A stretch of 64,000 nucleotides of DNA from Marinilabiliales bacterium (lineage in GTDB: Bacteria; Bacteroidota; Bacteroidia; Bacteroidales; SZUA-534). The DNA is taken from assembly GCA_003512955.1 (NCBI GenBank), contig DOTG01000028.1, forward strand, positions 122,275 through 186,274. The letters are read 5' to 3'. Under the pieces are notes generated by a model. It worked only from the letters and a program-made list of their open reading frames with translations. It did not search any database and was not told the origin of the DNA. Both the position numbers and the translations under genes were made by a program. The first letter of the stretch is position 1. The number at the start of each line of letters is the position of its first letter. Shown here in pieces: positions 56,761 to 64,000 of this stretch.

Positions 56761-58683
56761 CTATAAATTGTTAGCCCGATTAATTTTGGAAAGTGTTTTA
56801 AAAAGTTCCTCTTTTTTGATGGGATTCGGGATAAATCCGTCCCAAGTCCGTTCTTTTTCATGGACGAGTTCCTTCTTTTCGCTGGGCAAATGTGCCAGAA
56901 TTATAATATTTGGCAAGCTGATTTTCATCTGGTTCATCAAATCCAGTGCATTAACATCGGGCAAAATCATGGAAATGATGGCCAAATCAATGACTGGTTC
57001 ATGCTTACACATCTCCAAAGCCTGGAATCCATTCTCAACATAGGTTAACATGGCATTAGTCTCTTGAAGGATCTGATTCAGCTCTTTATGATCCCAGGAA
57101 TATTTCCCCACAATTAAGATGGATTTGCCCTTGAGTAATAAGGTTTTAGCAGGTACAGGGGCTCCGTTACCTTCTTTAATAATAACAGGGATACTAACAC
57201 TAAAAACTGTTTCATTTCCTGGAACCGAAATAAACTGGATGGTTCCATTTAATAAATCCACAAGTCCTTTGGTGATAGATAGCCCCAACCCTGTACCCCC
57301 AAACCTCCGTGTATTTTTATCATCTACCTGCCGGAAGGACTCAAAGATTTCATTTTTAATTTTTAGGGGTATCCCTATACCGGTATCTTTAACCGATATG
57401 GCCAATGAACCACTGTCTAAAAGTTCAAAACTGAGGATGATGGCCCCTTTTTCGGTAAATTTTATTGCATTGTCAATCAGCTTGGTGGTGATATGTTTTA
57501 AACTTTCTTTATCTGAAATGATAAAACAGGGTTCGGGAGTCCTCTTTTCAACACGGAATTCAATCAAATTCTCTTTAAGGATAAATATCTCGCGGGTATA
57601 TCTTTCTGTAATTTCTTCAAGAAACTGATTGACGTCTATCAGTTCAGGGTGAATAGAAAACTGACCGGATTCAATCTTGGCCATGGTAACAATATCCGAA
57701 ATTATTGTCAGCAGGTTATTGGTACTCGATTGGATGATATTCAGATACCTACGGGTATCATCGGTCGGCAAGTCGTCGCTGTTGATTAACGTGGTGAACC
57801 CCACAATAGCGTTCATGGGTGTCCGTATTTCATGCGAAATATTCGATAAAAAACTCGATTTCAGTTGATCGGCTGCTTGCGATTTTTCTTTGGCCTCATG
57901 CAAAAGGATATTTGATTTTTCCAGCTTTGCATTCGCCTCCTGCAGTTCTTTGTTTATCGACTGATACTCCTGATTCAATTTCCGGCTATCTTCGTATTGG
58001 TTCTTAAGCATCAACTCTGCTTGTTTCCGGGTATCAATCTCTTTGGACAACAATTTATTGATTCGGTTCAGGTTCGTTTCATGTGAAATGCTGGCCTCAA
58101 TTTTCTGATTCAGATATTGCAAAATGTATTGCCAAAAAATGATGATGATAATAGTTATGGTGCTAAAAACAATAATGGCCATAACCCACGATGCAAATGA
58201 ATTTGAATAGGAAACAACTGTATCATTGATGACCAAAAAATCGTTTAAAATTAAAAAACCTGTCAGGGTAAAAACCGATAATGAAATCAGAAAATTAATA
58301 ATTCCCCAACGGTAGCTGATGATGATAGAAGACAGGATGACATACAACAACAAGAAGAAAGACCCCTGAGAATATAATCCGAATGAAAGCAAACCGGAAA
58401 TCCCAATAATAAGGATGATTCCTAATAACAACGAAGCCTTCACAAAATAGCTCAATCTTTTGCGGATGATAAAAGAGGTCAAAAATAAAGCAACCATCAC
58501 AATTTGAATGGTATTTACCCATCGGTATCCGATTTCGATAATCCTTAGCAATGAACCTACAAGTGCAAACCACATGAATATGAGAACAATCCAATAAAGG
58601 AGATCCACCAATTTACCTTTGATGGAGCTAATTTCCTGGGACGTTTCCTTATTCGATATAGCCTGGATTTCTTCAAAAACCAT
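56761..58683 (-). CDS. multi-TM sensor histidine kinase with a degenerate C-terminal receiver-like domain
   Basis: About 6-7 N-terminal TM helices, a coiled coil, H-box FLSNISHEIRTPMNAIVGF, HATPase motifs DTGIGIP and GGTGLGLSITK. The C-terminal ~120 aa have a receiver fold but lack the key residues. Confidence 0.85.
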   Translation of the reverse strand: MVFEEIQAISNKETSQEISSIKGKLVDLLYWIVLIFMWFALVGSLLRIIEIGYRWVNTIQIVMVALFLTSFIIRKRLSYFVKASLLLGIILIIGISGLLSFGLYSQGSFFLLLYVILSSIIISYRWGIINFLISLSVFTLTGFLILNDFLVINDTVVSYSNSFASWVMAIIVFSTITIIIIIFWQYILQYLNQKIEASISHETNLNRINKLLSKEIDTRKQAELMLKNQYEDSRKLNQEYQSINKELQEANAKLEKSNILLHEAKEKSQAADQLKSSFLSNISHEIRTPMNAIVGFTTLINSDDLPTDDTRRYLNIIQSSTNNLLTIISDIVTMAKIESGQFSIHPELIDVNQFLEEITERYTREIFILKENLIEFRVEKRTPEPCFIISDKESLKHITTKLIDNAIKFTEKGAIILSFELLDSGSLAISVKDTGIGIPLKIKNEIFESFRQVDDKNTRRFGGTGLGLSITKGLVDLLNGTIQFISVPGNETVFSVSIPVIIKEGNGAPVPAKTLLLKGKSILIVGKYSWDHKELNQILQETNAMLTYVENGFQALEMCKHEPVIDLAIISMILPDVNALDLMNQMKISLPNIIILAHLPSEKKELVHEKERTWDGFIPNPIKKEELFKTLSKINRANNL

Positions 58684-58839
58684 GGATGCTCTGTTTGATG
58701 CGATTCAATTCTAAATTTAATTCTTTTTCAGCGAATTCATAAAATATTTTTTCCTGCTGACATAAGGCTGTCACCTACCCTGTTTAAAATTGCATAAACT
58801 TTAAATAAATTATGATGGAAAAAAAAAATTGCACCAGCC

Positions 58840-59277
58840 ATGACTGTCTTGGCTATTGAGTTGAAAACCAATATGCAGATGTTAAAACAGATTTTAGAAG
58901 ACAAACCCCGCAGGTTGGTTTCAGATGCCGTTTCGAATGGATTTCATGTTACAGGTCCTCAGTATTGGGTTTACACCTGGGCCGAATTGGATCCAAATGC
59001 CGATTTTATGCTAAAAATCTGCCTACCGGTGGCCACCTTTGGTAACCCTCATCAAGAAAGTGAATTCCGTCTGGAAAAATTGCCCCCGTTTATGCATGTT
59101 TCAACCGAACATCTCGGAAGTTGGGAACTTTTAGGCGAGAGTTATTCAAAACTGATGGCACAAATGACTGCCTCAGACCTGAAACCTTCCATGGTTTGCC
59201 GCGAAGTGTATATAAACTGTGATTTCGAAAAACCAGAAAATAATCGGACTGAGATTCAATTCGGAATATTAAATTAA
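58840..59277 (+). CDS. GyrI-like/AraC-effector-binding-fold small-molecule-binding protein (5' end ambiguous)
   Basis: PAMTVLAIELKT...GPQYWVY...LPV...REVYINCDFEKPENNRTEIQFGI pattern. An ATGATG start at 58812 is out of frame by one nt across an A10 tract (58819-58828). Confidence 0.6.
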   Translation: MTVLAIELKTNMQMLKQILEDKPRRLVSDAVSNGFHVTGPQYWVYTWAELDPNADFMLKICLPVATFGNPHQESEFRLEKLPPFMHVSTEHLGSWELLGESYSKLMAQMTASDLKPSMVCREVYINCDFEKPENNRTEIQFGILN

Positions 59278-59315
59278 ATACATTTACACAACCCAAATCT
59301 TACACATTTATTCGA

Positions 59316-59654
59316 ATGGAAACAGATCAAATTGCCTATTGTGGTTTATACTGTGCAAATTGCTTCAAATTTAAAAAAGGCACCTGCCAGGGTTGTAAAG
59401 TCACCGAAAGTAACTCATGGTGCAAAATCAGATCCTGTGCCAAACAAAAAGGATACCTGAGCTGTGCGGATTGTTCCGAGCCCGGACATGTAAAATGCAA
59501 AACCTATAATAATTTTATAGGAAAAGTTTTCGGCCTGGTATTTAATTCCGATAGAGCTGCCTGCATTCAATTGATTAAAGATGAAGGATACCCAAACTTT
59601 GCTCAATATATGGCTGCAAATAATTTGCAAACAATCCCCCGGAGGAGAAAATAA
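59316..59654 (+). CDS. DUF3795-like Cys-rich protein
   Basis: CGLYCANC...CQGCK...WCKIRSCA...CADCSE...C pattern typical of DUF3795. 112 aa. Confidence 0.65.
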   Translation: METDQIAYCGLYCANCFKFKKGTCQGCKVTESNSWCKIRSCAKQKGYLSCADCSEPGHVKCKTYNNFIGKVFGLVFNSDRAACIQLIKDEGYPNFAQYMAANNLQTIPRRRK

Positions 59655-59656
59655 CA

Positions 59657-59749
59657 TTGAGCTACTCCGGAAAACAGAGAAATTCTAAATTAGTCATCCG
59701 GTGAATCCATAAAAATTATTCACCGGATGACTTTACGTAGTAGGCTCAA
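59657..59749. repeat. composite palindromic element (AGTCAYCGGWTGAAT family), copy 4
   Basis: Perfect 15-bp arms AGTCATCCGGTGAAT (59692-59706) / ATTCACCGGATGACT (59718-59732). Outer arms TTGAGCTACT (59657-59666) / AGTAGGCTCAA (59739-59749). Confidence 0.8.
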
Positions 59750-59768
59750 CCTTGAAATTTCCTTGATT

Positions 59769-59964
59769 CCGCAAGTCATGTATCAAGATTGCAGGGTTGA
59801 ATGGTTACAGGGATGGTCATTAGCTAATTTGCTAATTATCTCATTAGCTAAAAAACTAAAAACTTAATAGTCTAATTGCTCTTGTATCTAATTTCTAATC
59901 TCTAATCTCATGTTTCTTGTCTCATATCTTGATACTAAAATATTTTTTTCTGCTATATAAGCGA
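59769..59964. repeat. MITE-like repeat, copy B (inverted relative to copy A at 20746-20914)
   Basis: See copy A. Internal termini GTATCAAGAT (59780-59789) / ATCTTGATAC (59927-59936). Carries two short insertions relative to copy A. Ends 40 bp before the WYL regulator start. Confidence 0.85.
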
Positions 59965-60003
59965 AATTGAATTACTAACATTGTTTAACAGGATTTCAAA
60001 TCT

Positions 60004-60978
60004 ATGAACAGGATCGAGCGGTTACAGTCCATTTTAATTCAACTGCAAAGCAAGCAAGTTGTTAAAGCTCAAGAAATTGCCGACCGTTTTCAAATCAGCC
60101 TCCGTACCGTGTATCGCGACATGAGGGCTTTGGAAGAAAGTGGTGTTCCCATTGGAGCTGAGGCAGGTATCGGCTATTTTTTGAGCGACGATTTCGTGCT
60201 CCCTCCTATCCTTTTCGATTCCAAAGAAGCATTGTCATTGCTCCTGGCAGGTAAATTGGTCCCTTTCCTTTCGGACCAGCAGACCAATGAATCGTTGCAG
60301 AATGCGTTGTTCAAAATAAAATCGGTACTTAAACCTCACGATAAAGAGGCTATGGGAATACTTGAAACACATATGCATGTTTATAATGGATTATCTCAAA
60401 CCCCTACCCCAAAATCCATTTACCTCCACGAGGTGCAATCGGCTTTAATCCAAAATAAAGTAATCCGGTTAAGCTACTTTTCTAATTACAACCAACAACA
60501 AACTAGCCGTGAAGTGGAACCTATTGCCCTTATTTTTTATGCCATGAATTGGCACCTTATCGGTTTTTGCCGCATGCGGCAAAGCTACCGCGATTTCCGG
60601 CTCGACCGTATCATAGACCTTCAGATTACCGATGAAAAATTTACCCGTGATTTGAAACAATCGTTCAACGAATTTGTCGAATCTGAAAAAAAGCGGAACA
60701 ATTATATCGAAATTAACATTTTAGTTACCAAACAATTAGCACTTTTAATTTCCGATTCAAAGTATTGGTATGGGTTTATAAAAGAAGAAGCTCTGGGAGA
60801 AAAAATCAAAATGACCTTTCTGAATCCTGATATTGCCGGCTTTGCCCGTTGGATTCTAACAATGGGCGAGGCAGTGGATATTTTAAGCCCCCATGAATTA
60901 AAAAGCAAAATTATTGAAATGGTTCAAAACCTGAACACGCTTTATCTTCCTTCGCATCCTTTGAAGGAACAACATTGA
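60004..60978 (+). CDS. HTH-WYL-WCX transcriptional regulator (YafY-like)
   Basis: N-terminal HTH RIERLQSILIQLQSKQVVKAQEIADRFQISLRTVYRDMRALEESGVPI. WYL-type domain ...REVEPIALIFYAMNWHLIGFCRMRQSYRDFRLDRI. Confidence 0.85.
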   Translation: MNRIERLQSILIQLQSKQVVKAQEIADRFQISLRTVYRDMRALEESGVPIGAEAGIGYFLSDDFVLPPILFDSKEALSLLLAGKLVPFLSDQQTNESLQNALFKIKSVLKPHDKEAMGILETHMHVYNGLSQTPTPKSIYLHEVQSALIQNKVIRLSYFSNYNQQQTSREVEPIALIFYAMNWHLIGFCRMRQSYRDFRLDRIIDLQITDEKFTRDLKQSFNEFVESEKKRNNYIEINILVTKQLALLISDSKYWYGFIKEEALGEKIKMTFLNPDIAGFARWILTMGEAVDILSPHELKSKIIEMVQNLNTLYLPSHPLKEQH

Positions 60979-60981
60979 GCT

Positions 60982-61704
60982 TCAATAATCAAGGTTTAAA
61001 AACGACCAGTTGATATGCCTCGAAAGTCCATCCAAGTCGGGGAAAAGGCTCATTTTATTAATGCCATAATGCGATAATTCCAAGCTAAACTGCCGTCTGA
61101 AATCTTTATCAATGATAATCTTTTCAAGCCTGTCAGTAGCAGGTAGGTTTTCATCCAATGCACACGAGGGTGGAAAATGGATGGTAAAAATCCCCCCTTG
61201 CCTCATAATCCTTGGAACTATTGAACGTGCCGACAATCGGTAGATTTTATCTTTAGTGATTTTATTGTCCTCCATATGAAATGGGTTTGGAAATAGCTCC
61301 GTATCAAAAAAATCACGCTCCGAGTAGTGGGCGTAAATAATGCTTTCAGTATCTAATTCCAAGGAGTTGTCGGGAAGGGTTACGGCAAAAAAAGCGGCAA
61401 TCATGGGATTAAATGTCCAATCGAGCAAACGGGTAGCCAATCCATGGTGTTGAGCAATTGCAAGCAAATCCCACTGATTTTCAACAGGTTTATCAAAATA
61501 GGCCACTGCATGCCGGCACCATCTTTCGAAAATATCCTTATCGTTCAGGTTTTTGGCCACAAAATGGGGGCGTCCGGCTTTTGGGACCAATTTATGCTCC
61601 AAACTACTCTCTCCCCGGTAAAACCATCGTGACCAATGCTTGTTATGCTCATGAATTATTTGATGAAAATCGGTAAATGATTGTATCCTTTTTTCAGTAA
61701 TCAT
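60982..61704 (-). CDS. FRG domain protein
   Basis: WFYRGESSLEHKLVPKAGR (FRG-type motif) and LLAIAQHHGLATRLLDWTFNPMIAAFFAV (the QHxGxxTRLLDWT signature of FRG domains). Confidence 0.75.
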   Translation of the reverse strand: MITEKRIQSFTDFHQIIHEHNKHWSRWFYRGESSLEHKLVPKAGRPHFVAKNLNDKDIFERWCRHAVAYFDKPVENQWDLLAIAQHHGLATRLLDWTFNPMIAAFFAVTLPDNSLELDTESIIYAHYSERDFFDTELFPNPFHMEDNKITKDKIYRLSARSIVPRIMRQGGIFTIHFPPSCALDENLPATDRLEKIIIDKDFRRQFSLELSHYGINKMSLFPDLDGLSRHINWSFLNLDY

Positions 61705-61883
61705 ACACTAAGTTTTGCATCAAAGATAATCCATTTTGCTGTTGCATGAATATTCTCTTTGGCAACCCATAAGTGGCTATTTTTAAAAATTTCAGTAAAA
61801 TAGGGTATTTCACGAAAATACCCCATTTAGCAACCTAAAACCGTCTCATGGTATGACATTCCAACTATTTTTATGACATTAAA

Positions 61884-62327
61884 CTAGCTCCGGGAATAGA
61901 ATGGAAGTACCACATATTGATAAATATAACATCCGGCACAAAAGCTAAAAACACATTCCAGCGTAGATAAAACTGCAACCAAAGAGACAATAATGAATGT
62001 AGCCGTTAATTGCCCCGATAAAAAGAAAACCACAGAAAGGGCAAACATCAGTCCACCCAAACGTGCAGCAAATAACTTGGGGGCTTTATCAATCATTGGA
62101 GTTTTAAATTGGAAAAGGGCACTTATTCCTTTGGCCAACCAATGAATAATACTAAGACTTGAGAAATTGAAACCCCGCAGCAAAAAGTCAATACACAAAA
62201 ATACCAATAGGTATAACCATTGCGTCGAAATATAAAAAGCTATCAATGCAATATTGATAAACGCTGTAATCCGGGGAAGATGTTCCGGAACTCTCTCATT
62301 TGAAATGGGGCAAATTACGTTTTGCAT
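61884..62327 (-). CDS. DUF4395-like small membrane protein
   Basis: 147 aa, four TM segments, C-terminal CAGC motif. The family call is from recollection of the DUF4395 pattern. Confidence 0.6.
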   Translation of the reverse strand: MQNVICPISNERVPEHLPRITAFINIALIAFYISTQWLYLLVFLCIDFLLRGFNFSSLSIIHWLAKGISALFQFKTPMIDKAPKLFAARLGGLMFALSVVFFLSGQLTATFIIVSLVAVLSTLECVFSFCAGCYIYQYVVLPFYSRS

Positions 62328-62345
62328 AAAATCCTATTTTTAAGT

Positions 62346-62380
62346 AAAAAAAAAGCCCCTCGGATTAGTTCTGAAGGGCT
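62346..62380 (-). terminator. strong rho-independent terminator between the small ORF and DUF4395
   Basis: Minus strand AGCCCTTCAGA-ACTAA-TCCGAGGGGCT (10 of 11 positions pair, including one G-U) followed by T9. Confidence 0.8.
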
Positions 62381-62405
62381 GATAAATAAAAAAAGTAATT
62401 ATCAT

Positions 62406-62501
62406 TTAATCTGTACCACCCCAAAGCATACGCATTTTCATACAACAACCTGCTGATTTGAAATTACACATACACATGAACTGGAAAAGATTTGTCATCA
62501 T
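62406..62501 (-). CDS. candidate 31-aa Cys/Met-rich peptide (possible leader peptide or small protein)
   Basis: My own translation: MMTNLFQFMCMCNFKSAGCCMKMRMLWGGTD. Preceded by -33 TTTG / 19 nt / -7 TATTTTTG, and followed by the terminator above. Confidence 0.3.
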   Translation of the reverse strand: MMTNLFQFMCMCNFKSAGCCMKMRMLWGGTD

Positions 62502-62521
62502 TGTGATTTAATTTGTGAGTC

Positions 62522-62554
62522 CAAAAATAGGATTTATTAGTATTTAGACAAAAT
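62522..62554 (-). promoter_or_regulatory. Bacteroidetes-type promoter (-33 TTTG, -7 TAnnTTTG) for the small ORF unit
   Basis: Minus strand ...ATTTTG-TCTAAATACTAATAAATCC-TATTTTTG-G, 20 nt before the ATGATG. The 19-nt spacing fits the published Bacteroides consensus. Confidence 0.45.
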
Positions 62555-62722
62555 AAAAATAACTTTTTTTTCAATACGATAAATCATTAATCAGGATCAT
62601 CTAGTTAATCCTCAAATCTGTAAGTCGTAGTGCGACTAGATACCCCATCTTTTAAACATTTATATTTCGCCTGTAGAATTTAGGTAATATTTAAACAAAC
62701 CAAAGTATTGCCAGCTTTTCAG

Positions 62723-63346
62723 TTAAATAGATTCCAGAAAATGGATAATAATGTCAACACTTTTATCAATCCCTATTTTGCCGGTATCAATACAAAGGTC
62801 AAATTGTCTTGCATCGGTCCATTTCATTCCAGTATATTCCTCAATAAAGCAGGCCCTTTCTTTATCGGTACGGGTAATCATTTCTAAAGCCTCTTTTTCA
62901 GATACTTTGTACATATCTTGAATCCGTTTTCCTCTGAAGGCGGTATCGGCGTGCAAAAATACACTGACCCGGTTGGTATGTTTCCGTAGAATATGAAAAC
63001 CACAACGGCCGATGATAACAGCAGATTGTTCGCTGGCTATATGTTTTATAATTTCCGACTCAGTGTTAAATAATTCAAAGGTAGTTGGCTGAATCAATTT
63101 GGGGTTTAGATAGGCATCCGTGGCGTATTTGCTAATTTGGAAGTAGGTTTCCCAAAACGACTGCAATTTTTCCTCCTGTTGCTCTAAATCCTTTTCTAAA
63201 ACCGATAGTTTCTCGGCTGCTATACCAAGAATTTCACGGTCGGCGTAATAAATATTCAGTTTTTTTGCCAGTTGTTGCCCGACATAGGCTCCCCCGCTAC
63301 CAATCTGGCGGCTAATTGTAATTACGAAAGGTTTTGACCGATCCAT
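62723..63346 (-). CDS. cytidylate kinase-like family protein
   Basis: ITISRQIGSGGAYVGQQLAKKLNIYYADREIL N-terminus (degenerate P-loop, as in the cytidylate-kinase-like PF13189-type proteins). 207 aa. Confidence 0.65.
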   Translation of the reverse strand: MDRSKPFVITISRQIGSGGAYVGQQLAKKLNIYYADREILGIAAEKLSVLEKDLEQQEEKLQSFWETYFQISKYATDAYLNPKLIQPTTFELFNTESEIIKHIASEQSAVIIGRCGFHILRKHTNRVSVFLHADTAFRGKRIQDMYKVSEKEALEMITRTDKERACFIEEYTGMKWTDARQFDLCIDTGKIGIDKSVDIIIHFLESI

Positions 63347-63641
63347 CTTTACCTCCTGCTTTAAAGTAATTTTTTAGAACGTAATAAGTATTATAAATTT
63401 AAGGAATTACAACGAAAATTGGGCAAAACAGGGGGCATTTTTCTATAACAATTTTAGTCGCTTGGTATAATTTAAACAGGCGTTTCAATACCGTAAAACT
63501 AAGTCCGTTCATTCTCCCTATGGAGGATTAAAAATGAAATCGGTGTAATAAGTGTCCCAAAAATATAATGTCACTAATTCCAAAATATTCGTCTTTGCGC
63601 GAGAATAAAGTTCCGCACCCCGTGATACGCAACAAAAACCT

Positions 63642-64000
63642 TTACACTTTCATGATATAATCAATCAGGTTCACATCGCGTTCCAAATCCAGTTTTTTGC
63701 GTAACCGGTACCTGCTGATTTCGAGTCCACGGATAGAGACGTTGATCAACGGGGCAATTTCCTTTGTTGAAAGGTTCATCCGTAGATAGGCACACAACCT
63801 GATTTCCTTTGGAGTCAATTCCGGGTGCCGTTCCTTCAGCCGGGTGATAAAATCCTGATGCACCCTTTCAAAATACTTATCGAACACCTTGTAGTTTTGG
63901 TCGTTCTTCATAGTAGAATCAATGCGGATGGTAATCTGCTTTAAGTCCTGTTTCACCGCATCGCTTTTTGCTTTTTCTGAAACAACCAGGAGTTCTTTCT
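63642..64000 (-). CDS. LuxR-type HTH C-terminal domain of a larger regulator; 5' part lies beyond the window
   Basis: LTPKEIRLCAYLRMNLSTKEIAPLINVSIRGLEISRYRLRKKL. The frame stays open from the GTG at 63956 to nt 64000, so the gene continues to the right. Confidence 0.75.
   Translation of the reverse strand, partial: KELLVVSEKAKSDAVKQDLKQITIRIDSTMKNDQNYKVFDKYFERVHQDFITRLKERHPELTPKEIRLCAYLRMNLSTKEIAPLINVSIRGLEISRYRLRKKLDLERDVNLIDYIMKV

Noticed and set aside
57119-57628. 169-aa ORF on the plus strand
   Set aside because: Antisense to the HisKA/HATPase region of the 56761..58683 kinase. No independent support.
20746-59964. The inverted-repeat-bounded 38.9-kb segment as a mobile element or genomic island
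   Set aside because: The interior carries core metabolism (pta-ackA, ptb-buk) and envelope genes. It has no integrase, transposase, conjugation or phage genes and no flanking tRNA. The repeats look like dispersed MITE-like copies. Inversion by homologous recombination remains possible and is reported as a finding.

Overview
Moderately AT-rich chromosomal window that looks like a Bacteroidota genome from an anaerobic fermenter. Support for this: two T9SS C-terminal sorting domains, Bacteroidetes-type -33/-7 promoter motifs, an archaeal/eukaryote-type ProRS, and pta-ackA plus ptb-buk operons. I can support about 50 protein genes. I found no rRNA, tRNA, CRISPR array, transposase or integrase. 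Left to right: a 5'-truncated glgP; two tandem PAS/GAF histidine kinases; a FadL-like barrel with an extreme-composition lipoprotein; proS, fmt, and a signal-less GH16-like repeat protein; a cNMP-binding kinase, GNAT and slyD; an RRM-csp pair and dcp; two giant C25 (gingipain-like) T9SS proteins; sanA and two OMPs; nfeD-SPFH-yccF; a long co-directional cluster at 37.0-47.0 kb; two paralogous zinc-ribbon genes; SDR, ptb-buk, an AT-rich two-gene islet and pta-ackA; a 7TM kinase with a degenerate receiver; GyrI-like and DUF3795 genes; a WYL regulator convergent with an FRG-domain gene; DUF4395; a cytidylate-kinase-like gene; and a 5'-truncated LuxR-type gene at the right edge. The best candidate for an undescribed system is the 37.0-46.3 kb operon. 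It has two SBP-OmpA fusions, a MIDAS-intact vWA lipoprotein, an XpaC-like/TelA pair and a NitT/TauT-type ABC importer. Other non-genic signals: a ~170-195 bp inverted repeat pair 38.9 kb apart with MITE-like termini; a dispersed palindrome family with core AGTCAYCCGGTGAAT; a GC-rich structured intergenic island at 48.6-48.8 kb; a promoter / 31-aa Cys/Met-rich ORF / terminator mini-unit directly upstream of DUF4395; and an A10 tract that splits the start of the GyrI-like gene. All functional calls come from motif recognition by eye. No database search was possible.
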